Below are positions 9,110-19,460 of a DNA stretch of 64,000 nucleotides, piece by piece. Below the pieces are notes generated by a model. The model was given only the letters and a program-made list of their open reading frames with translations. It had not been told where the DNA came from and did no database searches. The stretch covers positions 96,001-160,000 of the forward strand of contig CAVYES010000008.1 in NCBI GenBank assembly GCA_963767735.1, in the 5' to 3' direction. How positions within the stretch are numbered: the first letter of the stretch is position 1; every line of letters begins with the position of its first letter. Source of the DNA: Candidatus Bathyarchaeota archaeon (GTDB lineage Archaea; Thermoproteota; Bathyarchaeia; Bathyarchaeales; Bathycorpusculaceae). The position numbers and the translations under genes are program-made.

Positions 9110-10591
9110 TTATGGCTGAACTTCGGTTGACTCGTAAATTCTTGTTTTTTCCTCGTAGCCTTCAAGGAATTTCTTTTTCATTGCGTCAGCCATTTTTTGT
9201 GCACATGGGGTTGGATACTTTCCTGTGATGCAGGCTAAACATAGCTGGTCTTCTGTTTGACCTGTAGCTTTTATTAATGCCTCAATGGATTGGTAGCATA
9301 CGTCGTCTGCGCCTATGATTTTAGCTATTTCCTGGGCGTTGTGTCTTGAGCCGACAAGTTGCCCGTAGGTTGACATGTCAATTCCGTAGAAGCAGGGTCC
9401 AATAATTCGTGGAAAAGTAACGAAGACGTAAACTTTTTTGGCACCTGATTTTCGCAGTTTATCGATAATTATTTTGGTTGTGTCGCCTCTGACTATAGAG
9501 TCTTCGGTTATTATAACTCGTTTTCCAGTAACTTTTGATCCTAAAATGTTGATTTTTTTATCGATAGTTGAGAAACGCTCAGCGTTCAGAAGTATGAAGG
9601 CTCGTTCGGTAACGTAACGGTGCCGCCTTGACGCCCGTTCCCAACGTAAACCTGATGCCTCATGGACGCCCATGGCTGGGTCATCGCCTGTTTCAGGCAC
9701 CGACAAAATTATGTCACTGTCCTTCACTATTTCGGGATATTCCTTAACGATGTTTCTCCCGAAGTCTTCACGAATCTCATAAACATATTTGCCGTTAAAC
9801 CTTGAATCAGGTCTGGAAAAATAAGCGTATTCAAAAGCGCAGAAAGCCTGATGGGGATTTGGAATAACTTGTATGCGTTTGAAGCCGTCCTTTGAAACCG
9901 TGACTAATTCGCCTGGTTTCAGTTCGAAATCTCTTACAAAACTGTTCATGTCTAAACTTACGGTTTCGGAGGAGAAAGCGTAGGTTGCTCCAGCGGGGTC
10001 GTGTCCAGCGCAGAGCGGTTTTATTCCAAGCGGGTCTTTGAAGGCGAAAAAGTCGCCGTCTCCAGTTATGCCTGTTACGGAGAATGCGCCATCTAAGCTT
10101 TCCATGACGGAGCGAACCGCGGAGGTTAAGTCTTTGCTTTGTTTAAGTCCGAGAAGCAGCTTATGACACACTAAGTCAGAGTCACAGCCGTACTGAAAGT
10201 CTTGGAAGTTTTCAGCCATTTCTTTTTTCAGTGGAGATGTGTTGACTATGTTGCCGTTAAATGAGAGGGCAAGTTTTATTCCGTTTTCGCTGGCGGTAAC
10301 TGGTTGAGTGCCTTGAATAAGTGAGGCGTCATCACATTTACCTGATGTGGTGTATCGAACGTTGCCGATGCCTATCGAACCCGGAAGCTGCCTGAACCAT
10401 TCCCGTATAGCCTCAGTTTTTAGTTTCGGAACCAAATCCAAGTTTTTGTATTCAAAAAATTGCTTGTCGCTGTACGTTAAAAAGCCGTGTGATTGGTGAC
10501 CTCGATGGTTTTGGGCTCGGAGACCCCAGTAAACATACGGAAAAACAGGTTGGTTTTCATAATTTATTACGCCAAAGATACCGCAGCCCAT
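9110..10591 (-). CDS. purF: Amidophosphoribosyltransferase
   Basis: MGCGIFG N-terminus, HRG, RYTTSG, FEYAYFSRPDS, EDSIVRG PRPP loop, and Fe-S cysteines (CAFE, PCFYGID, CLAC). Confidence 0.96.
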   Translation of the reverse strand: MGCGIFGVINYENQPVFPYVYWGLRAQNHRGHQSHGFLTYSDKQFFEYKNLDLVPKLKTEAIREWFRQLPGSIGIGNVRYTTSGKCDDASLIQGTQPVTASENGIKLALSFNGNIVNTSPLKKEMAENFQDFQYGCDSDLVCHKLLLGLKQSKDLTSAVRSVMESLDGAFSVTGITGDGDFFAFKDPLGIKPLCAGHDPAGATYAFSSETVSLDMNSFVRDFELKPGELVTVSKDGFKRIQVIPNPHQAFCAFEYAYFSRPDSRFNGKYVYEIREDFGRNIVKEYPEIVKDSDIILSVPETGDDPAMGVHEASGLRWERASRRHRYVTERAFILLNAERFSTIDKKINILGSKVTGKRVIITEDSIVRGDTTKIIIDKLRKSGAKKVYVFVTFPRIIGPCFYGIDMSTYGQLVGSRHNAQEIAKIIGADDVCYQSIEALIKATGQTEDQLCLACITGKYPTPCAQKMADAMKKKFLEGYEEKTRIYESTEVQP

Positions 10592-10969
10592 TTTCGGTTC
10601 CCCAATCGCAGTAAATGGGGATGAAGTGAAATACTGCTTTATCAGCTTTTAGTACAAATTTAAGTAAAAAGCATGGAGATTTTAACATTTTTAAGCTTTA
10701 ATGAAATGAAGAATAAGATTGGGAAAAACACCAAAAAAGGTGTGGAAAAGCTCTTTTTTTGTGGCTGAATTTTGGAGCAAAAATTAAGCAGGTCTATAGG
10801 TTAAAGCCAAACGTGTGCGTACGAGCCTACCCCATAGTCTGCTGGATAAGGCCTAATAGTCTCCAAACATGCTTTAACATACTTCAACATAGATGCAGCG
10901 CCGCGCACTTTCAACATGAAACAAGTGTTTTTGAATGTTGCAGCCGTTGATTTTATTGTAAAATAAATG

Positions 10970-11363
10970 CTATTTCTGCATGTATTCCAATAAGCCGAAG
11001 TGGTTGCCTTCAGGATCCAACGCCAGAGCCCACCAGCCCAATCCCGGAATCTCCATCTTAGGCACAACAATTTTGCCGCCCAACGCTTCAACCTTCTTGC
11101 TATACTCGTCCACTGATTCTACCCAAATATAGTTCGTTGGCTTAGCTTGACCCGGCATTGTAGCATCCTTTTTCAGAAAAAGCCCACCGTTTACGCCCGG
11201 TCGAATAGGCATCATCTTTATCATCGACTGGCACAGTTTGAAGCATATAATATTCTGTTGGTCCAGGATATTTTTCTATTTTCCAGCCGAAGAGGTCAAC
11301 ATAAAATTTTTTGAGTTTTTGGGCATCTTCAGCCGGGATTTCAAAATGCACAATTGTATGATC
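10970..11363 (-). CDS. VOC/glyoxalase-family protein, split by a 1-nt indel near 11220
   Basis: ORF 11142..11387 (HTIVHFEIPA..KFY..LFGW) joins ORF 10970..11224 (GVNGG..VESVD..GGKIVVPK..DPEGN) if one A is removed from GATAAAGATG; start position approximate. Confidence 0.85.
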
Positions 11364-11554
11364 CAAAAAAATCACCAGTAAACCCAATTCTTAAGGTAAA
11401 ATAAAAACTTGATTGAGCTGTCTGGCTTACCTAAACTTGCGCACTATAAGTTACTTATGTCCCGTAAGTAAAAAGTTTATGCCAATAAAATAGGGTTAAA
11501 TAATCTAAAAAATTTTTTACAAAAAATAAAAAATAAAGAAAGGAAAAGATTGTT

Positions 11555-12979
11555 TTATGGTTGCCATTTCTCTATGAGATACTTGGGTATCTCGCTGCTG
11601 TCGCGTGGTCCAACTTGGACTTTCCAGCCGCTAAGTTCTTCAATTTCGCCGCTTATGCGTGAGGCTTTGCCGGGGATGATGATTTTGCGATGCTTTACTT
11701 TACTTTCTATGCCTGAGACTTTGATTGCGTCTGCAACGCGTTCAGCTGTTAGTTTGCGTCCTGCGACTCCGCTGTCTATGGCTGAGCCTTCTGTTTCGAC
11801 GACGATTAGATATGCGTTGATTTTGTTGCTGTCTAAGTCTGAAGCTACAGTGTAATATGTTAGGGCGAAGTTTGTTGTGAACATGACAGGCGAGTTTTCG
11901 TCTGGGGTTCCGAACACTTTGAGTCCTGGAGCGACTGCAACGGGTTTGCGTGGGTCAGTGTAAATGTTTTGTCTTAGCACAGTTATTGGTAGCAGTGACC
12001 AGCCGTCGTTGCCGTGCATTACAAGTATGTCAGCGTACCGCACAATGAGCATTGCTGCTAAGTACGCTTCACGCCATTTGATGAGATCCTCAGCTGTTTC
12101 ACCTTTTCCTACCCAAGTAACCATCGGAACACCCATCAATGGGAATCCAGCAAGTTCTTCTCCTTCTTTTGTTGCGGCTCTTCGCAGCATCGTAAAGTTG
12201 TTAATTGTGTCGGGTAATCCTTCGTTTGCGAATGTGCCCGGGTCTAAGACCAAGTCTGTTACACCATAAGCCATCAATGTTTTGACAAGTGAAACCAGAG
12301 TGCTCATGTCGTTTGGTGCAGAAACCACCAGTGGGCAACTGTACATTAATGCGAGTTCCGCCATGTCTTTCCAGTTTTCTTTAGTAGCCGCGTAAAGTAG
12401 AGGTCTTGCTTTTGGAGCAGCCATCAACCCAGCTTCCAGAACAGTAGAGTTTAATGAACATAATACCAGGGGCAACTTGGTTGAGTCAGCAACTTTCTTC
12501 ACTGTTGCCTTGAATTTTTCGGCGTCGCCTGATGTTGAGCGGATAGCAATCATATCCAATTTCAGCGTGTTGCCGATGTATTCGAAAGTGTAGTTTTCTG
12601 TGCGCTTTACTCGGCTTTCAACTTCCTCCGCCGCCATTTCGTCAGTTACGTCAATTGCTATGGCTGTAGGGTTTACATAGGTGAATTCATGGCGGTACAT
12701 TACCAGTTTTCCGCCGAGTTTGCGTGCTTTGTCTCCGACGCCAACAATTACTTCTTTAACTGCGGGTTTCATCAGCTCTTTTAGTTTGCTGTAGGCTTTC
12801 TCGTTTTCTTTCTTTAGCAGCGGTGGACATTGGTCAATGGTCATTTCGCGGTTGACAATTTTTGTGGCGAAAGCCATGCAGTTATCGACGCCGCATTCTT
12901 TACAGTTAATTTTTGGAAGAAGCTTGTAAACGTCTATGGGGCTTAATTCTTTTAGTCCAGCTTTCTTTTTCTCAGTCAT
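11555..12979 (-). CDS. cdhE: ACDS corrinoid Fe-S protein gamma subunit
   Basis: LPKINCKECG..CMAFA..CP Fe-S motif, RQNIYTDPRKP, TTNFALTY, VGPRDSS. Confidence 0.97.
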   Translation of the reverse strand: MTEKKKAGLKELSPIDVYKLLPKINCKECGVDNCMAFATKIVNREMTIDQCPPLLKKENEKAYSKLKELMKPAVKEVIVGVGDKARKLGGKLVMYRHEFTYVNPTAIAIDVTDEMAAEEVESRVKRTENYTFEYIGNTLKLDMIAIRSTSGDAEKFKATVKKVADSTKLPLVLCSLNSTVLEAGLMAAPKARPLLYAATKENWKDMAELALMYSCPLVVSAPNDMSTLVSLVKTLMAYGVTDLVLDPGTFANEGLPDTINNFTMLRRAATKEGEELAGFPLMGVPMVTWVGKGETAEDLIKWREAYLAAMLIVRYADILVMHGNDGWSLLPITVLRQNIYTDPRKPVAVAPGLKVFGTPDENSPVMFTTNFALTYYTVASDLDSNKINAYLIVVETEGSAIDSGVAGRKLTAERVADAIKVSGIESKVKHRKIIIPGKASRISGEIEELSGWKVQVGPRDSSEIPKYLIEKWQP

Positions 12980-12992
12980 GCCAATCGACTCC

Positions 12993-14228
12993 TTAAGCTT
13001 TCACCGTTACCCAATCAGCAAATTTGGAAGCATCTGCTTTTTTGCCGCTGGTCAAGTAGTTTGTTACGTCTTTGAGTGTTTTTACGGCTGCAGGATGCAT
13101 CATCATGAATAAGTCAACGCCGGCAAGCAGAAGTGTCAGTGCAGTGGTTACTTCCCAGAGTGGACCTCGAAGCTCTCGTGGTTCCCATTCAGCAGACATC
13201 TTGAGCCAAGCTTCGCGTGCTGCCCAAGCGTTGGTTGTACCTGAAGACATCGGGTGAGCCAATTCTGCGTCGCCCATTAATCCGCTGAGCCTTGCTCGCT
13301 CCATGTTAGTGAATGCATAATCTAAACCGTAGCCTAACGCGGCAGTGGTTAAGTCCATAACGATGTCTTCTCTGCCTAAGAAGTCGTAGAGTCGCCGGTT
13401 AAGTTCCCTTGCCAAATTCAAGTCCATAGGAGTGAATGACAGTGCTGCATGCCCGTTCTTTTTAACGTATTTTGCGCAGCGTTCAACATCCATATCTCGC
13501 GTTATTGAGCTGATGAGGAAACGTTCACCTGGGAAAGCTTCACAGATTGCCTCGAAAACATCAGCGTCTTTAACCGGGTCTCCGCAGCCGCCGATAACTA
13601 GCGGAACATCAACGGCTTGCAGAACCTTTTCAACCGTTTTCACCGCGTCTTTTGGTGTAGCATCTTTGAGTAGGGGGTCAATACTGATTAAGTGAATTGT
13701 AACCATGTCTGCCTTGAACTGGTCTACTGCAAGTTTTGCCCATGCTGCTGGGTCGCCGACTACTTCTTTTACGTGCATTTTGACTGCTTTGCTAAGTGGA
13801 ACTTCCATGTCGAAGACGTCAAGAGTGATTACTGGTTTGTGAGTGGTCGGTCGCTCAAAATTGTAGAATGCGGGGGAAACTTCTCCGCCTATTGTGAATG
13901 ATCTTCCGCGTGTTCCGCCTTCCCTTTTGGTTGCCCCAAGCTTTACTTCAGTTATCTTGTTTGGATAGGTTTCGACTGGAGGTAGGAAAGCTGCCTGCAG
14001 CATGGCGGTTGGTTTTCCGCCTGCAACTGCCGCTGGAAGCTTTAATTTGGGCATTATTTTTCCAGCCATACCGGGCTCAAAAATGATTTCTAAGTCTTTG
14101 ACGTCCATTTGGAAGTCTTGTAGCTCGATTTCTTGAAATTTCGCAAGCGCTTCAAGCAGATCGTTGCTTAGTTTTAATCCTTCATTTTCTTTCTTTTTGT
14201 CTGTGTCGTTTTGGGGCGTAGAAATCAC
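12993..14228 (-). CDS. cdhD: ACDS corrinoid Fe-S protein delta subunit
   Basis: EVKLGAT..GGTR, TTAALGYGLDY, ERARL..L.GD..L..P, NAWAAREAW, MMMHP. Confidence 0.96.
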   Translation of the reverse strand: MISTPQNDTDKKKENEGLKLSNDLLEALAKFQEIELQDFQMDVKDLEIIFEPGMAGKIMPKLKLPAAVAGGKPTAMLQAAFLPPVETYPNKITEVKLGATKREGGTRGRSFTIGGEVSPAFYNFERPTTHKPVITLDVFDMEVPLSKAVKMHVKEVVGDPAAWAKLAVDQFKADMVTIHLISIDPLLKDATPKDAVKTVEKVLQAVDVPLVIGGCGDPVKDADVFEAICEAFPGERFLISSITRDMDVERCAKYVKKNGHAALSFTPMDLNLARELNRRLYDFLGREDIVMDLTTAALGYGLDYAFTNMERARLSGLMGDAELAHPMSSGTTNAWAAREAWLKMSAEWEPRELRGPLWEVTTALTLLLAGVDLFMMMHPAAVKTLKDVTNYLTSGKKADASKFADWVTVKA

Positions 14229-15640
14229 CGTTTGTCTTTGTCATCTTTGACTGTTGTTATGATTACTTTGTTAGCGTAGATTTTTGCGTCTTTAAGTATG
14301 ATTTTGAATCCGCCGGCCATTATTGGCAGTGATGCAGCTGTGGCAACGGGCATCATTGTGCCTGCTGCTTCTTCGTTAACTTGTATTGCTTGTGCTTCAG
14401 GTGTTGCTGGTGCTTCTTCAGCTGCCCATCTTGCTACTATTGGGTGATTCTTAGCTTTCAGGAATGCTTTGAGTTCATCTACGTTCTTTGCGTCTTCTTC
14501 AGTTGCAATTTTGTCAACGAGTTCTTTCGGAATAAAATCTTTGACTTTTTCTTTAACTTCTTTAGGTACCCAAACTATGCGGTTCCATCCGCCGTCTGCT
14601 GCGAAGAATTTCTTGCTTCTCATGTATTCGATGGACATTCCGTGGAAACCGTCGATTTGTCTTCCGCCTGCTGCTGAATCTGCGATTGTGCTGAATGGTA
14701 AGCCGTTTACGGTTGCGCCTTTGAAGCTTCTGTTGACCACTGCTAATCCGTCAACTTCTGGTATGTAGAAGGTTACTGCTTCGAAGCATCCGCACGAAGT
14801 GTGTGGGTGATCAAACGCTGTGTAGAGCCAGACTTGGTTGACTTCGCCCATGCTGCGTTTCTTAGCAGCTTCGTTGACGCCTGAGAATTCGCCTTTCTCC
14901 GCGTTGAGCATTTCACCTCTTGGTATTGCGAAGACTGGACCTTTGGGGTCTATGCTTGCTGAGGCTTTGCCGTCAAACCAGCTGATGGCACCGCAGTTGC
15001 TGTATCTTTGTGGTGTAATTACGCAGACGTGGCTTGGTGCAAATGATTGGCATAGAGCACAGCCGTAGAATGTGTCAACATCTTCGTCTTTGAGACCTCT
15101 GGCTTTTGCGTCGCGTGATTCGTATGCTTGGATTGCTTCGGGGGTCATTTCGTCTAGTTTTGCTGGGTCTGTTATGAAGGTAATTTGGACTTTTTCGATA
15201 ATTGGCAGTTCGCTCTTGAATAGTCTGTAGAGAACTTTGCCTATTGGTTCAAAGCTGTTTAAGCCTTTTTGGAATGATTTTTTGCCGATGCGAATCCAGA
15301 TGTCATAACGTTGGTTTAGATGCATGAAGCCTTCGATGTAGTTTAGGTAGCCGTGAATGCGTCTTTCAATGACACCTTCGAGGCCTGCATCAAGTTTTGC
15401 GCCTGCAGCTTCAACAAGAATGCCGAATGGGTATGCGCCGCCTTCCTTCAGGTCTTTTAAATCTGGGCCGATGATGGTGATTTTTCCATCTTCGATCTCG
15501 TCCATGGGTTTTACTTTTGCTAGTTCAAACTTTTGTTTGACTGTTGGGCCGCCGAGTTCTACTTGCATGTCGTTTCTTCGGATGCGTTCTCCTTCGTAGA
15601 TTACGCCTACATCAACGGGTATATCTTTAAACATTGACAT
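14225..15640 (-). CDS. cdhC: ACDS acetyl-CoA synthase beta subunit
   Basis: YEGERIR, EGVIERRIH, FYGCALCQSFAP, HTSCGCFEA A-cluster ligands. Confidence 0.97.
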   Translation of the reverse strand: MSMFKDIPVDVGVIYEGERIRRNDMQVELGGPTVKQKFELAKVKPMDEIEDGKITIIGPDLKDLKEGGAYPFGILVEAAGAKLDAGLEGVIERRIHGYLNYIEGFMHLNQRYDIWIRIGKKSFQKGLNSFEPIGKVLYRLFKSELPIIEKVQITFITDPAKLDEMTPEAIQAYESRDAKARGLKDEDVDTFYGCALCQSFAPSHVCVITPQRYSNCGAISWFDGKASASIDPKGPVFAIPRGEMLNAEKGEFSGVNEAAKKRSMGEVNQVWLYTAFDHPHTSCGCFEAVTFYIPEVDGLAVVNRSFKGATVNGLPFSTIADSAAGGRQIDGFHGMSIEYMRSKKFFAADGGWNRIVWVPKEVKEKVKDFIPKELVDKIATEEDAKNVDELKAFLKAKNHPIVARWAAEEAPATPEAQAIQVNEEAAGTMMPVATAASLPIMAGGFKIILKDAKIYANKVIITTVKDDKDKR

Positions 15641-15643
15641 TTT

Positions 15644-16186
15644 TTAGTTTCCTCCATTAAATTTTGAAGTCATTACTTTGAGGTTTGCAGCCCATTCTTC
15701 AAGGGTTGCGTTTGGGAAAGACCAGCTTGCATGTGGATGAAACAAGTTGTCTAAAGTCATGGTTTTGAGGTCTGGAGCAAAATTTTTGAGTCCACAGAGC
15801 ATTAATGATTCCATGGGGTAAGGCAGCCCTACCACCAAAACCAAGTCGGGATGACCCTTGCCATCGAGACCCTGCCATTCAGGATCAACAAGTCGGTTGC
15901 CTATGTCCATCGCAGACATGAATCCTGCTGGTTGGTAGCCGCGTTTTAGGAATTCGCCGACCATATGGGCTGTGGCCACTACCGGCACTTTTGAAGCGTT
16001 AGCGAAATCAATGAGGTATTCGATTAGCAGTTTGCCTTCCATGTACCTTTCTGTTGCATAGCTGCCTACGATAAGGATTGGGCGGGATGCTTTTTTTATC
16101 ATTGCTACTGCTACTTCGGGTTTCGTTATTTGGTTTGCTTTTTTAGTTGCGGATATTTCTGCACATTGCCAAGGTTCACATGACAT
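15644..16186 (-). CDS. cdhB: ACDS CO dehydrogenase epsilon subunit
   Basis: MIKKA.RP.L.VG, DPEWQGLDG.G..DL, ASWSFPN. Confidence 0.95.
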   Translation of the reverse strand: MSCEPWQCAEISATKKANQITKPEVAVAMIKKASRPILIVGSYATERYMEGKLLIEYLIDFANASKVPVVATAHMVGEFLKRGYQPAGFMSAMDIGNRLVDPEWQGLDGKGHPDLVLVVGLPYPMESLMLCGLKNFAPDLKTMTLDNLFHPHASWSFPNATLEEWAANLKVMTSKFNGGN

Positions 16187-16192
16187 ATCTTA

Positions 16193-18540
16193 TCACTCCT
16201 TCATTTTACGGATCATTCTTGGAAGCAACGTAGGGTCAGGAATTACTGTTTCTTTCCAGTCGTGCGCTTCAAGTATCTTTGTAAATTCGTCTTTAAGGGT
16301 CATTGGAACATCAGCCATTGTTCTCACGAAGAGATGCAGATCCTGCGGCATGCATCCGTAATGGCGTTTGTGTAAGTCGACATAGTGGCTTAGTTTTATG
16401 CTTCGTCCTTTCCAGGTGTCGTTTGGTCTTATGCATAGTTTTGCGATTGAGACCATTGCTTCTTGTGGGGTTTCAACTGTCTGGAACAGGTGCTCGGGTG
16501 CTGGACCAACGTTGACTTTGTCGCCTGTGCGGGCATCGTAAACTTCCCAATTTTCAGGCTTATCTTCTCTGCCAAGTAGCATTCGACGGTATTTTACGCC
16601 GTGTGGACCAACCAACACTGGCACGCCTAAGCGCCAGAATCCCGCTGCGATTGCCGCTGCTTTCTGTGAGTATGCACCCCAGGCTAAGCCGACTGCGCCA
16701 AGACGGTTATAGATGTAATCAGCGATTTCCTCATAGTTGCCTCTTAATGGACGCTTAGCGAAGATGTTTGCAACTTTTATGGCTGCGCCCGCAATGTGGC
16801 TGTTTGCCACGCATGAGCCTACGTTTAGAACTCCTCCAGCTTCGAATCCGCCTGGGAATTCTTCGTAGAGTGTTTTGCCTTCGCTGTTGCGGTAGCTGCC
16901 CGCTGACATGGCTGCGCATCCTGAGACTACAACTATGTATCTTCTGCTGGCGAATTCTCTGCATATATCGTAGACGTCTTTGCCGCCCTTTGGATAGTTA
17001 CTGCAACCCACTACTGCAAGGATGCCGGGGATTTCTCCAAGGACAATGGGGCTACCTACGTTTCGGATTTCAACATCTTGAACTGCGCCTCTTCCGCATC
17101 GGCACAGGTTATTTTCAGCAAGCATGAATTTCTCGCCGGCTTTCACTATCATGCTGTGCACCATTAGTTTCTGCGGGCAAGCTTCTTCACATCTTCCGCA
17201 TCCGACACAGTACTCGTACAAGTCAGTTAGTGGAGCCATGTCGCCTTCTCCGGCTGCTTTTATTGCTTGAGGAAGCTTGAGGTCTTGTGGACAGCTTCTT
17301 CGGCATAAGTTGCATTGTCTGCAGGTCTTAGCGAGTTGTTTGATCTCGTCGAAACTTGGGAGATTCTTCATCTTCTTGCGGATTGGAGCAACTTGCTGTG
17401 CCACTCTGACTGCGACTTCGCCGACCAATTCTGGGTCAAGGATTAAAACGCCGGGGATTTGCCGCTTACAAGGTCAGCAACGATTTCGTCCGCCGGGTCG
17501 TCTGTGCGATTCTTGAAGCCCATGCAATTCTTTTCTGATGCGGCAATGACTGGAGCGTGAACTTTCTGTGCTTCGTCAAAAACGTCTGTACGGACACATT
17601 GCTCGTCGAGAACGACGACATCCGCGAATCCTCCTCTTACGAAACGTAGTTGCCAGCTGATTGGACCGATGATTCTTCCACGGTTATAATATCTGGTTAT
17701 GTCATGTGCTGTGCAGCATAAGCCGACTACTTCGATTTTATCGTCAACTTTGTGGTCTTTTGCATAGTCGATGATTCCGACTGATGGAATTACGTTGTGT
17801 CCAATAGCCATGATGACTGGCTTAGACAAATCCACGCTGCCTATACCTAACGAGACGAGTGGTGCTTCAGGTTCAGCTTTGGGCATACCTAAAGTAGAAA
17901 CTTGAGCAATGTCACCAACTTCCATGCCCACGTGATCAATCATGCCAACGTGGAATGCCTTTGATTCAAAATCAAGATTGTTGCCTTCTTGGCCTGTGTG
18001 GGCTACTGCAAGGCATTGAGTAATTTCTTTTTCAGCGTATTCTAAAACGTCGTCAAGGTCGCCGAGTGTTTCAGGCTTTATTCCTGTGACTAAACGGGTG
18101 ATGGGTGCTTCAACTTTTATGTTTAAGCCGCCGATGTCTAAGGGGAATCTGCGACCGTACTTTTCAATTAGGTGATGGATCATATGGCGTGAGTGAGCGG
18201 TGTGGGTGGCAGATCCGATGCAGCAGGCTAAAAGCACGATACGAGAGGATTGAGCAGCCATGTCTATACCGCAAGCTCCGCGTTTTCCAGCTGTTAAATC
18301 GCATTTTCCAAAAGTGCAAAGACAACAAAGGTCACAATCGGGCATGTAGAAAGGCTTGTACCTGGCGAGAAGCTTCATGTCCCAATCTCGCAGGGTACTC
18401 ATGGAAGGCATTGGGGTTGGACCCATCGGTTCAGTATAGTTATCGTTTATAACCTTGCCAATGGACAATTCAAAATTTTTAATGAGACCGCTATTAGTCT
18501 GCATTTCGTCAATTTTTACATTAACGTTTTTAGTCGTCAA
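16193..18540 (-). CDS. cdhA: ACDS CO dehydrogenase alpha subunit, split by a 1-nt deletion near 17459
   Basis: N-half has CDLCCLCTFGKCDL, GHN, GLCCTAHD, DEQC; C-half has 2x[4Fe-4S], GCSNY, GSCVANSH, WGAYSQK. Adding one A to GGCAAATCCCC restores SGKIPGVLILDPE. Confidence 0.95.
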
Positions 18541-18677
18541 ATTTGAAACCTCTGTAAAGGTTTAAGTCATATCGAACATTACACAGTTTTAAACCTTTCC
18601 AGATTTCTTTGCAAAAAGATAGGGAGCAGCTACAAAAACGCAAGGTTTCTAAGAAATTGTGTAAAGGTGTCTTGTGG

Positions 18678-19442
18678 CTAAAGGTAGCCTAAGGTTTTCA
18701 GAATATTCTTTACTGAAACATATGCTTTGTTATCAGTTGGCAAGTCAAGCAGCGACTTTCCATCGAGAACATACTCGTCTAATTGTTGGTCTTCAGCGAT
18801 TTTTCCCAGAAATTTAAACTTCAAGTCAGCTTCAGCCTGTTTGCTTAGTTCTGCCGGAAAACGGTATCCGCCAACCAAGTAGAAATTGTCAAATTTAATG
18901 TCGACTTCTTTAGCTATTTTGAATGCGCGTCTCACATGGTCCTGAGACTTTTTGGAGTGGTCAAGTATGTCGAAAATATCGTTGACATTTGAGGTGATTC
19001 GCCTGTTAAGATTTTCAAGTCCTGCTGGAGAGTCAACAAGTATGTACTTGTAGTTTTTAGTTAACGATTCTAAAGCACCTTTTAATGCTGCATTAGGCAT
19101 ACAATAGCAGCCCTCAACCCACTTGGTTCCAACTGCAAGGAAATCAAAATTCTTGCTTTCATACAACCCATTTTCCCAAATCCGGCTCTCAATTCTCTCC
19201 GTCGGGGAAACTCCCACGGTTGTCCCCCCTTGCTCGATGAATGTGCTTACAAGCAGGTCAGCTATGGTTGATTTTCCAGCCTCTTTAAGGTCTATCCCAA
19301 GCATTTCGCCAAGATTCTGGTCTGGGTCAGCATCAACAAGCAACAAAGGGAATTGCCCAGCTTCAATAAAGGACTTAGCCATAAGAGCCGTGAAACTGGA
19401 TTTTCCTGTTCCGCCACGACCGACCGTTACCAGAGTTTTCAT
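18678..19442 (-). CDS. cooC: CooC/AcsF-family nickel insertion ATPase
   Basis: GRGGTGKS, DADP, GCYC, D..AGLE. Confidence 0.88.
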   Translation of the reverse strand: MKTLVTVGRGGTGKSSFTALMAKSFIEAGQFPLLLVDADPDQNLGEMLGIDLKEAGKSTIADLLVSTFIEQGGTTVGVSPTERIESRIWENGLYESKNFDFLAVGTKWVEGCYCMPNAALKGALESLTKNYKYILVDSPAGLENLNRRITSNVNDIFDILDHSKKSQDHVRRAFKIAKEVDIKFDNFYLVGGYRFPAELSKQAEADLKFKFLGKIAEDQQLDEYVLDGKSLLDLPTDNKAYVSVKNILKTLGYL

Positions 19443-19460
19443 TTGATAAACCTCAATATA

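Noticed and set aside
10600-10960. Purine-related riboswitch or small ORF (MLKVRGAAS...HVWL) upstream of purF
   Set aside because: No recognisable ZTP, PRPP or purine aptamer consensus by eye, and the ORF has no recognisable motif; a covariance-model search would be needed.
17428-17470. Programmed -1 frameshift or naturally split cdhA
   Set aside because: No canonical slippery heptamer; one extra A in a homopolymer restores the frame, and similar indels occur throughout the window.
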